A DNA stretch of 64,000 bases from an uncultured Planctomycetaceae bacterium (GTDB lineage: Bacteria; Planctomycetota; Planctomycetia; Planctomycetales; Planctomycetaceae), in assembly GCA_963813715.1 (NCBI GenBank), contig CAWFAK010000009.1, positions 544,001 to 608,000 on the forward strand, in the 5' to 3' direction. Below are positions 53,156-63,822 of this stretch, piece by piece. A model generated the notes under the pieces. That model saw only the letters and a program-made list of their open reading frames with translations. It was not told where the DNA came from and did not search any database. Each line of letters begins with the position of its first letter. The stretch's first letter is position 1. The position numbers and the translations under genes were made by a program.

Positions 53156-55984
53156 TCAATGCTCCGCGCCCGGCTCCCGGACCCGGTACAAGTTCGGCTG
53201 ACCGCCGGACGGCGGCGACCGGAACTCGTAATGCAGACCGACGGGCAGCGTATAGTTCTGCGTAAACTGGCCGTTGACCACCCGCCGATACGAGAGCGGC
53301 TCGGAAACTTTGAACTCCTGCGACTTGCCGGGGGCGAGCGTAATCTCGCTGCTCCACGGGCTGTAGAGGTCCTTCATCTCGTAAACCAGATCCGACTTGC
53401 TGGCGTTCGTGATCTTGATCCCCGGCTCATCGAACAACACCGACAGCACCGGCGGCGACCAATCGACACCGTCGAGCCGCAGCTTGGCGTACTGGAAGTT
53501 GACATCCGACACCGGAACGTTCGTGGCCGGCCCCTTGTGCGTCCACGATTTCCACGCCGCAACGAACATCTCCTTGAGCCGGTCGGTTTGAATTTCGGAG
53601 TTCTTCGGCGTCATGCCCGGCGCGAAGTGGGCCGACGCTTTTACCTCGGGGTCGCCGGCCCAATCGATCTGCAACGCTCGCTCGGAGAAGCCACGACGCA
53701 TCAAGGTGGCGGTGGCGCGTTGCCCCAGGTCCACATCGAGCTCGGCGTACGGCGTCCACTTGGTCGCCGAAGGACTGTCCTTGATGGCGATCGAAATCAC
53801 CGCCTTCGGCACGACGAACTCGAAGGCCCGCGCCCCTGCGTGGCCAGACGGTATCTCGGTCTTGGCCGACTGGTCGTTCTTGGTGGGCGGGTCGCTCTTG
53901 GCGGGCGATTTGAGCGGCTCCGCCGGATTGGCCTTCATCGCGGTGACGCGGACGGCGTCGCCAGACTTTTGCGCGACGGCCGTGCGGGCCTCGCCCGCCG
54001 GCGGAGTCGGTCCACCGTCCTTGATCGAGATCGGGCTGACCAGTCGCAGCTCGGCCCAAATTTGCGTGTCGGCAGGCGCCGAGGCCAGGTCCGGGAAGAC
54101 CTCGCTCAACGCCTTGCGATCGGCGAAGGCGGCGAAACCCTTCTCGGGAATGTCGAGCACGTTGATCCGGGCGACGTCGTCATCGATCAGCATTTTGGTC
54201 AGTGGCTGCAGCACGTCAGGAGCTATGCCGACCCGCAGGTCGGTCCCGCCGGCGACCGAGCCGATCTCGACGCCTGCCGACCGCTCGACCCGCGGCGTCG
54301 CGGGGGCCTTGCGGGGATCGATGGCGGCGGCGGTCACTCCCATCACCAGCGAAATGCCCTTGTCGTCGGTGCTTACGCTTTGCGGATAGACCTGCAGCCG
54401 CGGACGATAAACGGGCAGCGGCCAAAAGGCGTTGGCCACCTGCGAAACTTCGGACAGGTCGAGCCGTTCCTCCACCTTGGTGAGCAAGAACGGGACGATC
54501 GATTGCACTTCCTGCTCGATTCGCGCTTTCTGACCGTAGATTCCCTGGACAAGGCCACTCGAAACTCGATCGCTGGTCATTCCCAGCCCCGACGTTGAAA
54601 CGCCGTAGGGGGCCGTGACGTACCAATCGTCCGAGGGGATTTCGAAACGCGCCGAGTTATAGCGCAGCCGCAGTCGGTCGCCGTCGATATACGGCGTCAC
54701 GTCGAGCCCTAACCAGACGGGATACTGGCTGCCGATCATCACGGAGATTGGTCCGGCATACGCCGAACGTCCGGAGCCCGACACGTAGGTCGCGCCGATC
54801 GTCAACGTGGCCCGCAGCGCGAGTTGCACGTTGAGATGCTCGGGAGCGTAGGCCTTGATGTACGCGCGATCGAGCTGGCCGGAGTAACTGATCCGCGTGA
54901 ACTGGACGGAGAAGGTGTAGCCGGACGCCTCGGTCGAGGAATAGATGTCGTTGATGCTTCCGGTCAGCGCATCCGCGGCGATCATTTTCGGCGCGGAGTA
55001 GGCGATGGCCCGCAGCACATCGTTCCCCAGCCGCACGGCAATCGCGTTAGGAATTGAAAGGGCCGGTACAAACGGCCCCTCAAGATTGGCTGGAGAAGGG
55101 GAGCGAGCCCCCGGTTGTGCCGAAAAAGCTGGCGCGCTGGCGGCGGATGCGCCGCTGGCCGTTCCCGTTGCACTCCTGGGATCCATCAACCAGACGTAGA
55201 GTTCGGAATCGTTGTAGGCATTTTTCCAGACGTCGTGGCCGACATTGGGCACAACCGTCAGCTTCGGATGACCTCCGGCCGCGCGCACGGCGTCGACCAT
55301 TTTTTCAGTTTCGCGCGCGGGCACGACCGCGTCGGTGGCACCCGCGAAGGCCCAGATCGGCACGTGAGTCAGCTTGCTCCCCCAGGCGGCATCGCCCCCA
55401 CCGGACACGGGCACGAGCGCGGCCCAGTGCGTCGGGTCGTCGGCTCCCAGGCTCCAGGTGCCATAACCGCCCATCGACCAGCCGGTGAGAATGCGGCGAT
55501 GCGAGTCGATCGCATAATCACGCTCGACCTGCGCGAGGATGGCCAGAGCCCGCTTCCCGTCGACCGAGTTCGGACCCCACGCCTGCAGAATGGAAATTTG
55601 CAGGTCCTCGCATTGCGGGAAGACCACGATGTACGGAAAGTCGTCGCGCCGCGCTTTCACGAAGGGAGCCAGGCCAACCGTCGTTTGGAGAGTCCCGTCA
55701 TTTCCGCGCTCGCCCGCACCATGCAAATAGAGGATCACGGGCCAGTTCACATCCGGCGAATAGTTCTGCGGAAGATAGACGACGTATTTGTGGTCGCCCG
55801 TCGCGTCGTGAAAGACCCGATTGAGAAAGCCCGTCGTCTGCGGTCCGGCGGTCGCCTTGGGAGCGGGCGCCCCGAGATTGACCTGCGCGCTCGCAGTCGC
55901 GGGAAGACCGGCTGCCAAGCCGCCGGCCAGCACCAGTGTCACAAAGAATCGGCGTGCGGTTCCAAAATGCTTAACGCGGTCCAT
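53156..55984 (-). CDS. Secreted esterase/'predicted peptidase' alpha/beta hydrolase fused to a large C-terminal region
   Basis: Signal peptide ending [29 protein letters not shown] triad; about 640 aa further non-catalytic sequence. Confidence 0.85.
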   Translation of the reverse strand: MDRVKHFGTARRFFVTLVLAGGLAAGLPATASAQVNLGAPAPKATAGPQTTGFLNRVFHDATGDHKYVVYLPQNYSPDVNWPVILYLHGAGERGNDGTLQTTVGLAPFVKARRDDFPYIVVFPQCEDLQISILQAWGPNSVDGKRALAILAQVERDYAIDSHRRILTGWSMGGYGTWSLGADDPTHWAALVPVSGGGDAAWGSKLTHVPIWAFAGATDAVVPARETEKMVDAVRAAGGHPKLTVVPNVGHDVWKNAYNDSELYVWLMDPRSATGTASGASAASAPAFSAQPGARSPSPANLEGPFVPALSIPNAIAVRLGNDVLRAIAYSAPKMIAADALTGSINDIYSSTEASGYTFSVQFTRISYSGQLDRAYIKAYAPEHLNVQLALRATLTIGATYVSGSGRSAYAGPISVMIGSQYPVWLGLDVTPYIDGDRLRLRYNSARFEIPSDDWYVTAPYGVSTSGLGMTSDRVSSGLVQGIYGQKARIEQEVQSIVPFLLTKVEERLDLSEVSQVANAFWPLPVYRPRLQVYPQSVSTDDKGISLVMGVTAAAIDPRKAPATPRVERSAGVEIGSVAGGTDLRVGIAPDVLQPLTKMLIDDDVARINVLDIPEKGFAAFADRKALSEVFPDLASAPADTQIWAELRLVSPISIKDGGPTPPAGEARTAVAQKSGDAVRVTAMKANPAEPLKSPAKSDPPTKNDQSAKTEIPSGHAGARAFEFVVPKAVISIAIKDSPSATKWTPYAELDVDLGQRATATLMRRGFSERALQIDWAGDPEVKASAHFAPGMTPKNSEIQTDRLKEMFVAAWKSWTHKGPATNVPVSDVNFQYAKLRLDGVDWSPPVLSVLFDEPGIKITNASKSDLVYEMKDLYSPWSSEITLAPGKSQEFKVSEPLSYRRVVNGQFTQNYTLPVGLHYEFRSPPSGGQPNLYRVREPGAEH

Positions 55985-56331
55985 CGGACGCTTCCTCTCA
56001 ATAGCGGCAGTTTGAAACATCGTGGCGAGCATCCCTCTCGACGAACCGAAGTCGGGTCTCGGCCTGTCGCCGATCCCAAGTTTCCACCAGCCTCACATCG
56101 TGCGGACGGGTCCGTGGCCATTATAGGCGCGGCGGGCTCAGGTGCACGCGTTCAGAAACAAGGTGGGGCCCCCTGCGAAAATGGTGCCGAGCGTCGGCTG
56201 CTGCAACTGACGGACGGGGTGGGAGAAACGGCGAGACTGACCAGAGAAAACGCGGCGGGTAAGGTCAGTGCACAGCGGAAGAAACCGACGGGCGAATACC
56301 ACTGCGCTCGCTCGAAGGCAGTGCCGGCGAT

Positions 56332-56910
56332 TTACGTCGCGGTGCCACGGCGGAGTTTCTGACGAGCCCGCGTGAGAGTTGGGCCGATCGTGTTTTCCGG
56401 GATGCCCAACTGCGAGCTGATCTCCCGGTAGGAACGGCCCTGCAAGTGGAACTGCTTCACGACTTCCGCATCGTCGGCCGGAAGATTGACGAGCATCCGC
56501 TGCACTTCGTCCTGGTCTTCGATCCGCTTGAGATCGAAGTGATGCGAGTCGGCCTGCTGCTTCATGTCGGGATGCTGGGCGACCACGTGTCCCAGCGCCT
56601 CGGCCATGCGGCGGCGGATTACGCCGTGCACGACGACGCGGCGGGCAATTACCGTGAGATAGGTCGCCAGCGAGCTTTCGCCGCGGAACCGGCGGAGAAC
56701 GGCATAGTCCTGTGCCAAGAGGGCCAGGAAGACTTCGCCCACCAGGTCGTCAATATCTTCCTGGGCTAAGCGAACGCTGCGAGCGTGCGCCGTGTGGTTG
56801 ACCACATGGACGAACAGGCCCATGAAGCGGTCAACAAAGTCCTTCCACGCTCCCGGCTCTTCGGCCAGGCACCGCTTCAGTAGATTGCGGTCGATTTCGG
56901 TGAGACTCAT
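56332..56910 (-). CDS. ECF-type RNA polymerase sigma factor
   Basis: Region 2 (DDLVGEVFLAL...FRGESSLATYLTVIARR) and region 4 (GRSYREISSQLGIPENTIG..L.RAR.KL). Confidence 0.92.
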   Translation of the reverse strand: MSLTEIDRNLLKRCLAEEPGAWKDFVDRFMGLFVHVVNHTAHARSVRLAQEDIDDLVGEVFLALLAQDYAVLRRFRGESSLATYLTVIARRVVVHGVIRRRMAEALGHVVAQHPDMKQQADSHHFDLKRIEDQDEVQRMLVNLPADDAEVVKQFHLQGRSYREISSQLGIPENTIGPTLTRARQKLRRGTAT

Positions 56911-57264
56911 GTGACGGCAGCACCCGCAGGCGTGAGATTTCCGGTGTCACTAGCGACAAATCCGGTGGTCCGCACCGTCCGATGGACCGGCATTTTTCGA
57001 GGCAGGATTCCAACCGCTGCAGTTCACTTAATCTTAACGGCGCAGGGATCTCGCGACCATACGCTATTTACGATTCTCCCGGGTTTTGGGCAATAGCGAT
57101 CCAAACGGCTGAAGGGCCCTTTACGCCCTGTGACGGCGCCTGGCCGCCGGGAAACCAGTCACTTGGTGCGGCCCGCGAGCGGGGCACTTTTGAAGTTCGC
57201 CGCGCCGCGCGAAAACTTGAGAAAAAGCCTGCAAATCCAGCCGTTTTTTGCGATTTCGCGTCGC

Positions 57265-57293
57265 TTGACAGCGCGCGTGCTCACCACTAAGAT
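57265..57293 (+). promoter_or_regulatory. Sigma70-type promoter for the ferredoxin gene
   Basis: TTGACA-N17-TAAGAT, 59 nt upstream of the ATG at 57353. Confidence 0.75.
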
Positions 57294-57352
57294 CGCGATT
57301 CTTCCAGGCCAGTTCCGTGGCCAGTGAGGCTGCGGATCAGAAAGGGATCCGA

Positions 57353-57658
57353 ATGACCCACGTTGTTGCCGAACCCTGTTTCAACTGCAAATACACCGAC
57401 TGTGTCGTGGTTTGCCCCGTAGAGTGTTTCTACGAGGGACAGTCGATGCTGTATATCCATCCCGACGAGTGCATCGACTGCGAAGCGTGCGTTCCGGAGT
57501 GCCCAGTCGAGGCCATCTTCCACGAAGACAATCTTCCGGCCGAATGGAAGGACTACACCGCGCTCAACGCCGAGTTGGCGACGCAATGTCCGGTCATTAC
57601 CGAGAAGAAAGAATCGATGGCCGACACCGCCGGCACCTGCCCGCACACGCCTAAGTAA
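57353..57658 (+). CDS. fdxA: 7Fe (3Fe-4S plus 4Fe-4S) ferredoxin, Azotobacter FdI type
   Basis: [18 protein letters not shown] and [21 protein letters not shown]. Confidence 0.93.
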   Translation: MTHVVAEPCFNCKYTDCVVVCPVECFYEGQSMLYIHPDECIDCEACVPECPVEAIFHEDNLPAEWKDYTALNAELATQCPVITEKKESMADTAGTCPHTPK

Positions 57659-57760
57659 GGCGGAGACGTCGTCCGTTCTCGCATCGAGCGCTGGTGGACG
57701 TGCGTCTCACAGTTCGCTGGTCCCCCCAGTGAACAGCGTCGATGTCTGAGCGACCTTGCT

Positions 57761-59074
57761 GTGAAGCCGGCTCTTCTCACCTCAATTCTCGTGGCCGGCG
57801 CCGGCTTGGCGCTCGGGGCTGCCGTGGCAGTGTGTGCGGACAAACCGGCAGCACGCTTCCCGGCCTTTGAGCAATTGCCGTCGCAGACCGGGCTCCCCGA
57901 TCCGCTCACGCAGTTCGACGGCACGCCTGTGCGGACGCGCGACGACTGGTTCCAGAAGCGCCGGCCGGAAATCCAGGCACTCTTCGAGTTCTACGAATAT
58001 GGGCACGCTCCCCCGCCGCCCACCAACCTCGCGGGGACCATTGTGCGGCACGAGGGGCACTACTTCGGCGGTAAAGCCACGCTCGACGAAGTCCGCATCC
58101 ATTTCGGACCTTCCGGCACGCCGCCGATCAACCTGTTGTTGGTCGTCCCAACCAAGAACCAGCCCGCCCCGGTGTTCGTCGCCCTGAATTTCTGCGGCAA
58201 TCATGCCGTCCTCAACGATCCGGCCATCGCGCTGCCGGAGCTGTGGATGCCTGACAGTTGCAACGGCTGCGTCAAACATCGGGCGACCGACGACGGCCGC
58301 GGAGCGCAGGCCGGAGCATGGGCGATCGAGAACGCCATCGATCGCGGCTATGCGATCGCTACTTTTTATGACGGCGATATCGACCCGGACAAAAACGACT
58401 CTGCCGACGGCGTGCAGCCGCACTACTTCGCCACCCGGCAGACCGCGCCGGGCGAGCATGACTGGGCGACAATTCGCGCGTGGGCCTGGGGCTTGAGCCG
58501 CGTCGTCGATTATCTCGAGACGCGACCCGACATCGACCGTCTGCGGATCTGCGCGACGGGCCATTCGCGCTTGGGCAAGACGGCCCTCGTCGCGGCTGCC
58601 TTCGACGAGCGGATTGCGCTCGCCGCCCCGCACCAATCGGGAACGGGCGGCTGTGCGCTCTCGCGAAACAACGACCAGGAAACGGTGGCGCGGATCACGC
58701 GAGTCTTTCCGCACTGGTTCAATCATACGTTTATCAAGTTCGCCGGCCACGAGGATCGCCTGCCTGTCGACCAGCACCTCTTGATGTGCCTCGTCGCGCC
58801 GCGACCGATCTTCGACAGCGAAGGCGACCAGGACAAATGGGCCAACGGGACAAGCGGCCTCAAGGCCCTCCAGGCGGCCGACAAGGTCTACAAGTTTCTC
58901 GGCCTCCGCGGACTGGTCGGCACGGGCCTGGTTCGCGACGAAGAGCCGCTGACGGGTCCCGCGGTGGGCGACCTGGTGCAGTATCACCGCAACACGAAGC
59001 ACGAATTGAGCAAGGCGTATTGGACGCGGCTCTTCGACTTCGCAGACGGTTACTTCGCGCAGCGGCTGCGGTAG
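57761..59074 (+). CDS. CE15 glucuronoyl-esterase-like secreted esterase
   Basis: Signal peptide; LPDPL..FDG, AWAWGLSRVVDYL, GHSRLGK, DERIA, LPVDQH.L..LVAPRP. Confidence 0.9.
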   Translation: MKPALLTSILVAGAGLALGAAVAVCADKPAARFPAFEQLPSQTGLPDPLTQFDGTPVRTRDDWFQKRRPEIQALFEFYEYGHAPPPPTNLAGTIVRHEGHYFGGKATLDEVRIHFGPSGTPPINLLLVVPTKNQPAPVFVALNFCGNHAVLNDPAIALPELWMPDSCNGCVKHRATDDGRGAQAGAWAIENAIDRGYAIATFYDGDIDPDKNDSADGVQPHYFATRQTAPGEHDWATIRAWAWGLSRVVDYLETRPDIDRLRICATGHSRLGKTALVAAAFDERIALAAPHQSGTGGCALSRNNDQETVARITRVFPHWFNHTFIKFAGHEDRLPVDQHLLMCLVAPRPIFDSEGDQDKWANGTSGLKALQAADKVYKFLGLRGLVGTGLVRDEEPLTGPAVGDLVQYHRNTKHELSKAYWTRLFDFADGYFAQRLR

Positions 59075-59079
59075 CGCGA

Positions 59080-60360
59080 TTACGCGAGAAGGCGCGCGAT
59101 TGGTTTGCCCGAGCTAAAGGCCATTGGACGGCCGATCGGCGTGATCACTTCGTGAGCCCCGTCGACGCCGAACGTCTTGAAGATGGTCGCGAACAGGTCG
59201 GCGACCTCGACCGGATCCTCGGGATTCTTTTCGCGACCTTCGGGGTCGGTGGCCCCGATCACCAGCCCGCTCTTCAGCCCACCGCCGCCGACCACGCAGG
59301 AGAATCCGCTCGGCCAATGGTCGCGGCCGTCGAGCGGATTGATCGCCGGCGAGCGACCGAATTCGCCGATCACCAGCACGACGGTCGATTGCCAGAGATC
59401 GCGTTCGCGCAAATCGCGGACGAGCGTGGCGAGAGCCGGATCGAGCACGCGGGCATTGTCCCGATGGCCGTTGAAGTTGTTGGCGTGCGTATCGAAGCCC
59501 GAGAGCGTGATCTCGACGGCCCGCACGCCCGCCTCTACCAGTCGCCGCGCCACGAGACAACCGCGGCCGAAGTTGCTCTCGCCGTACGCGTCGCGCAGTT
59601 TGCGCGACTCGCCCTCAATCTGAAAGGCGCGGAGCTGATCCGACGACATCATCTCCAAGGCCCGCTCGATCGTGTGCTGATGTAAGGTCTTCTCGACTTG
59701 CATGCGGCGGCCCTGCTCGAACGCTTTCGAGACGACCTCCAGGTTGCTGACGCGGCGGGTTTGCCGCGCGACGTCGACGGGCGCCTTGAGATTGGGCACG
59801 TCGCGGCCCGGATCGTAAACCCGAAACGCGTCGAGCTGATCGCCCAGGAAACCGCCACGTGGCGGCCACTGCGAGCTGCCGATCGCAACGTGCTGGGGAA
59901 TCACCAGCGATGAGTTGGGCAACTGGTTGACCAGGATCGCGCCGAGCGAAGGATGCCGCAGCGTCGGATCGGGGCGATAACCGGTTTTGAGGAAGTACGA
60001 CCCGCGCTCGTGGTCTCCCTCCTTCGACACCAGCGAGCGAACCACGGAGAGCGTACTCAGCTCGGCCGCAATGGCGGGGAACGTGTCGGCAATCTGCACG
60101 CCGGCGATCGAAGTGGCGATGGCTTTCGTCGGCCCGCCGATCTTCGTCCCCGGATGGGGATCCCAAGTCTCGAGCTGGCTCGCGCCCCCTTCCAACCAAA
60201 TCGTCACGAGCGACTTTTGCCGTCGCACGCCCCGCTCGTTCGCAGCCCGGGCCTCGAGCGGTGGCAACAGAAAACTCAGGCCGAGTGCTCCGGCCGCCCG
60301 CAGCACGTCGCGACGAGAGACCGCCGGCGTCGCATTTGCGAGGACGTTTCTGTCAGCCAT
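59080..60360 (-). CDS. DUF1501-domain protein with Tat-like leader
   Basis: SRRDVLR; IWLEGGASQLETWDP, FGRGCLVARRLVEAGV, FDTH, GEFGRSP.IN...GRDHWP. Confidence 0.93.
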   Translation of the reverse strand: MADRNVLANATPAVSRRDVLRAAGALGLSFLLPPLEARAANERGVRRQKSLVTIWLEGGASQLETWDPHPGTKIGGPTKAIATSIAGVQIADTFPAIAAELSTLSVVRSLVSKEGDHERGSYFLKTGYRPDPTLRHPSLGAILVNQLPNSSLVIPQHVAIGSSQWPPRGGFLGDQLDAFRVYDPGRDVPNLKAPVDVARQTRRVSNLEVVSKAFEQGRRMQVEKTLHQHTIERALEMMSSDQLRAFQIEGESRKLRDAYGESNFGRGCLVARRLVEAGVRAVEITLSGFDTHANNFNGHRDNARVLDPALATLVRDLRERDLWQSTVVLVIGEFGRSPAINPLDGRDHWPSGFSCVVGGGGLKSGLVIGATDPEGREKNPEDPVEVADLFATIFKTFGVDGAHEVITPIGRPMAFSSGKPIARLLA

Positions 60361-60442
60361 GCTCCGTCTCCTCGAGCCGCATTTGGGCTCCTCGAACCGC
60401 GTTCGGATCGCCCGGCGAATGCGTCGGCCAGCCAAACGACAG

Positions 60443-62215
60443 TTAATGATTCCAGGAAAACTCCGGCGAGTTGAACAGGCTCCAGAAGATGTCTTCCACC
60501 ACCTGCGAGCGGCCTTTCGGGCCAGCGTCGGCGAATTGATGCAGGAAATACTCCGACTCGGCCGGCGTCGGGCGGCGCGAGAGGACGACCAGATAGCAGC
60601 CGTCCAGGCAACTGGCATCGCTGCCCGCAAAGGTGCTCAAGCGTGCCGACGCGTTCAGTGGGTCGGCTTTGAGCGCGTCGGCCGCAATCTTGCCGTTCAT
60701 CCGCAGCAGCGCCTGCGAGATCGTTCCCGTTCGTTCGTCGAGCTCGTTCTCGCCCAGGTCGCCGTACTCTTTGACGAAGTCGTTCTCCTGGAAGAATCGC
60801 GTCGCCCGCACGAAGAGATGCGAGTTCTGATCGATCGTCCGCACCCAGCGAGCCTGCAACATCGCGCCGATCAACTGTTCGGGCCGCAGCCGCGTCATCG
60901 GAAAGCTGGTCCACGCGTCGGCGGCCGACGCGGCATCGGCCGAGTCGGCTGCGGAGGCGCTGGCTGCCTTCTCCGTCGATTTGTTCCAATCGGCGGCGTC
61001 CGTCGACTGCGAATGTGCGGACTTCGTCGCCGCCGGCGCTTTTGCCGCGACGCTGGCTTCCTCGCCGATCGAATCGAGGCGATAGGGCCGCGACGCCGCG
61101 ATGACGCGAATCAAACGTCGCAAATCGCAATTGTGAGCGCGGAAGTCGGCCCCCAGCAGGTCGAGCAGGTCGCGATCGGCGGCGGACGGAGGATCGGGCA
61201 AATCGTCGACCGGGCTGTGAAACGCCTTACCGAACATCAACCCCCAAATCCGGTTGACGGTCGCACGCTCGAAACGGCGATTATCGGGATGCGTGATCCA
61301 CGCGGCCAGGCGTTCCCGCCGTGTGCCGGTGCCGGGCAACCATTCCGAATGGAACGGCACGGCCGGCTCAACCACATGCTTCTTGAGCGTCTTGCGGTCC
61401 TCGACGACGTAGTCCCGTCGCGGCTTGTCCTCGATGCCCACCAGCGAGTTGGTCGCCTGACCGAACATCGAGGCCAGCCCCTGGAACTGCTGCTGCTTCC
61501 ACTCGGCGAAGGGATGATCGTGGCACTGGGCGCAATCAATCCGTTGCCCGAGGAAGGCCCGCACCGTGCGGCCGGCCAATTTGTTCTCGTCGAGTTCGCC
61601 GTTGGCGATCGCCGCCGTCACGTAGTTGGTGGCGGGATGATCGGTCCACAGCCCGGTCCCGGAGATCATTTGGCGAACAGTCTCATCGTAGGGAGCATTC
61701 TTCGTGAGCTGCTGCCGAAGCCAGTCGGAAAACCGGTCGCGGCGAAAGACCACGACCTGTCCCATTTCGTTGCCGACAAAACTGCGGGCCAGCCGCTCGG
61801 CAAAATAGTCGGCAAAGCGACTGTCGGCGAGCAATCGGTTCGTCCACTGATCGAGCCGATCGGGCGCGGGGTTCGACTCGAAGATGCGAATTTCTTCCAG
61901 CGAGGGGATCGTGCCGCAAAGCGCGAGCGTCAGGCGTCGGAGCACCTGCAGCTCGTCGGCCGAGGGTGCCGGTTTGCGACCGCTCTCCTTCCACGTCGAC
62001 TCGAAGTAGCCGTCGACGGCGTGAACGGCGTCCGCAATTTCGGCGGGGGGCTGGCTCGGCGATCGAAAGTCGGTCGTGCGTGCCGACCCCGCCGGACGAA
62101 CCTGCCGCCAATCGACGGGACTGTGGGCGGCCCAGGCCACCAACGTGCACACGGCCAGCACCACTACAAGCGGCAAGCCGAGCGACTTCAGGCGCGAAAA
62201 ACGTTTTGTTGCCAC
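60443..62215 (-). CDS. DUF1549 plus DUF1553 (PSCyt2/PSD1) planctomycete protein
   Basis: LRRLTLALCGTIPS, FLGQRIDCAQCHDHPF, RLAAWIT, VNRIWGLMFG, PVDD, QALLRMNG, EDIFWSLFNSPEFSWNH. Confidence 0.92.
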   Translation of the reverse strand: MATKRFSRLKSLGLPLVVVLAVCTLVAWAAHSPVDWRQVRPAGSARTTDFRSPSQPPAEIADAVHAVDGYFESTWKESGRKPAPSADELQVLRRLTLALCGTIPSLEEIRIFESNPAPDRLDQWTNRLLADSRFADYFAERLARSFVGNEMGQVVVFRRDRFSDWLRQQLTKNAPYDETVRQMISGTGLWTDHPATNYVTAAIANGELDENKLAGRTVRAFLGQRIDCAQCHDHPFAEWKQQQFQGLASMFGQATNSLVGIEDKPRRDYVVEDRKTLKKHVVEPAVPFHSEWLPGTGTRRERLAAWITHPDNRRFERATVNRIWGLMFGKAFHSPVDDLPDPPSAADRDLLDLLGADFRAHNCDLRRLIRVIAASRPYRLDSIGEEASVAAKAPAATKSAHSQSTDAADWNKSTEKAASASAADSADAASAADAWTSFPMTRLRPEQLIGAMLQARWVRTIDQNSHLFVRATRFFQENDFVKEYGDLGENELDERTGTISQALLRMNGKIAADALKADPLNASARLSTFAGSDASCLDGCYLVVLSRRPTPAESEYFLHQFADAGPKGRSQVVEDIFWSLFNSPEFSWNH

Positions 62216-62468
62216 GATCTGGGCTCCCGGCCCGGGCGCCGCCCCGAATCCCCCGCGGTGAAATGCGTCCAATGGGGAATTCGCCACTGAGTATACCAAT
62301 CTTAAGTCAATTCGGTTGCAGCGGATCGGTCGGGACTGCGGCCTAGTCAAATGGACAGCGGCCAGCCAAGACTCACCGCTGTCCAGCGAATGGCAGAGGA
62401 GTGACAATCGGCGCTCTGTTATTGGAACGCTCGGTTCACGCTATTTGGTACCATGAGTTTGCGCCGGA

Positions 62469-63777
62469 ATGCCCCATGGGCCAGAGGATCGGCAGGGGAA
62501 CGATGACGTGACTGAAGCCCGCGACGAGCTCGACCCGAACGGCTGGGACAGCCCGACTTGGTCGGCCGATTCTGGGACAGCCGCCGCAGTTTTGCCGGTC
62601 GCGGAGATCGCTCCGCCCGTGCCGCGAGCGACGCCCGCGGTTCATGATTATCGGGGCGCCGGCCGCTTGGCGGAGTTTCCTTCGCCGTGGCGACACCCCG
62701 TCTGGGCCGTTGCCTGGGGCATTCGCGCCGCGTTTGGAATCGTCAGCCTGATCGTGCTGCTGGCGCTCCTGGCCGCCATTCCGGTCATCAATTTTCTCGT
62801 GCTTGGCTATTTGCTGGAGGCCGAGGGTGGCCTGGCGCAGGCGGTCGGCTGCGGCGGGCCTTTCCTCTGTTGAGCATTGCGCCGCGCCTGGGATCGATCG
62901 TACTAGGAATCTGGCTGTGGCTGTTGCCATTGCGGATTCTGGCAAACGCCGCCGCCGATGCGCAGCTGATCGATCCGACGAGCCGCGCCACCAGGCGACT
63001 GGCGTGGATCGTCAGCACGTTGGCCGCAATGATCGCCGTGCACTTGTGTCTGGCCCTCGCGCGAGGCGGTTCGTTCGGCTGCTTCTTGCGGCCGATCAAA
63101 AACGCGCGATGGGCCATCCGCCAGCTGCGACAGGGAGGCTATGGCGAAAAGGCGGCGGCCGAAATCGGCGCCTTCGTCGCCGGGCTGCGCTGCGCTACCA
63201 CTTCTGGCTGGGGATCCGGGGATTCTTTGGGGCGCTGGCCTGGCTGTTTGTGCCGACCGCGCTCTTCGCCGCCGCAAATAAGACCGAAGGGAGACAGATC
63301 GTCGTCACGATCGTCGGCGGGCTGCTGCTCGTGCCCGTGCTGGCCTGGCTGCCGTTTTTACAAGCACGGTTCGCGAGCGAGAACCGACTCCGGGGAATGT
63401 TCGAGCTGCGAACCGTGCGGCGATTGTTCGGACACGCGCCCCTCGCGTGGCTCTTGGCGGTGATCGCCACGTACGTGCTCGCGTTGCCGCTCTACCTGCT
63501 CAAGATCTTTTTGCTGCCGCAGGATGCGATGTGGTTCGTGACGCTCGTCTTCATCCTGAGCATCTATCCGGCGCGGCTGGTGACGGGCTGGGCCTATGGC
63601 CGAGCCACGCGACGCCCGCAGCCGGCCCACTTTGCAACACGCTGGTTCGCCCGGCTCTTGATGGGGCCGCTCCTGGCTGTCTACGTATTTCTGCTCTTCT
63701 TCACGCAGTTCATCGGCCAACACGGGAAAGGCGTGCTGTTTGAGCACCATGCGTTTCTGCTGCCGGTGCCGTTCTAG
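62469..63777 (+). CDS. Polytopic membrane protein of unknown function (frameshifts at about 62830 and 63190)
   Basis: Hydrophobic helices join across ORFs 62469..62873, 62687..63463 and 62803..63777 (LAAIPVINFLVLGYLLEAEG ... LFEHHAFLLPVPF). Confidence 0.75.
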
Positions 63778-63822
63778 AAACGGCCGGCCGAGTCGCATCT
63801 GTTGCCGCGTGTTGCTTTCCCC

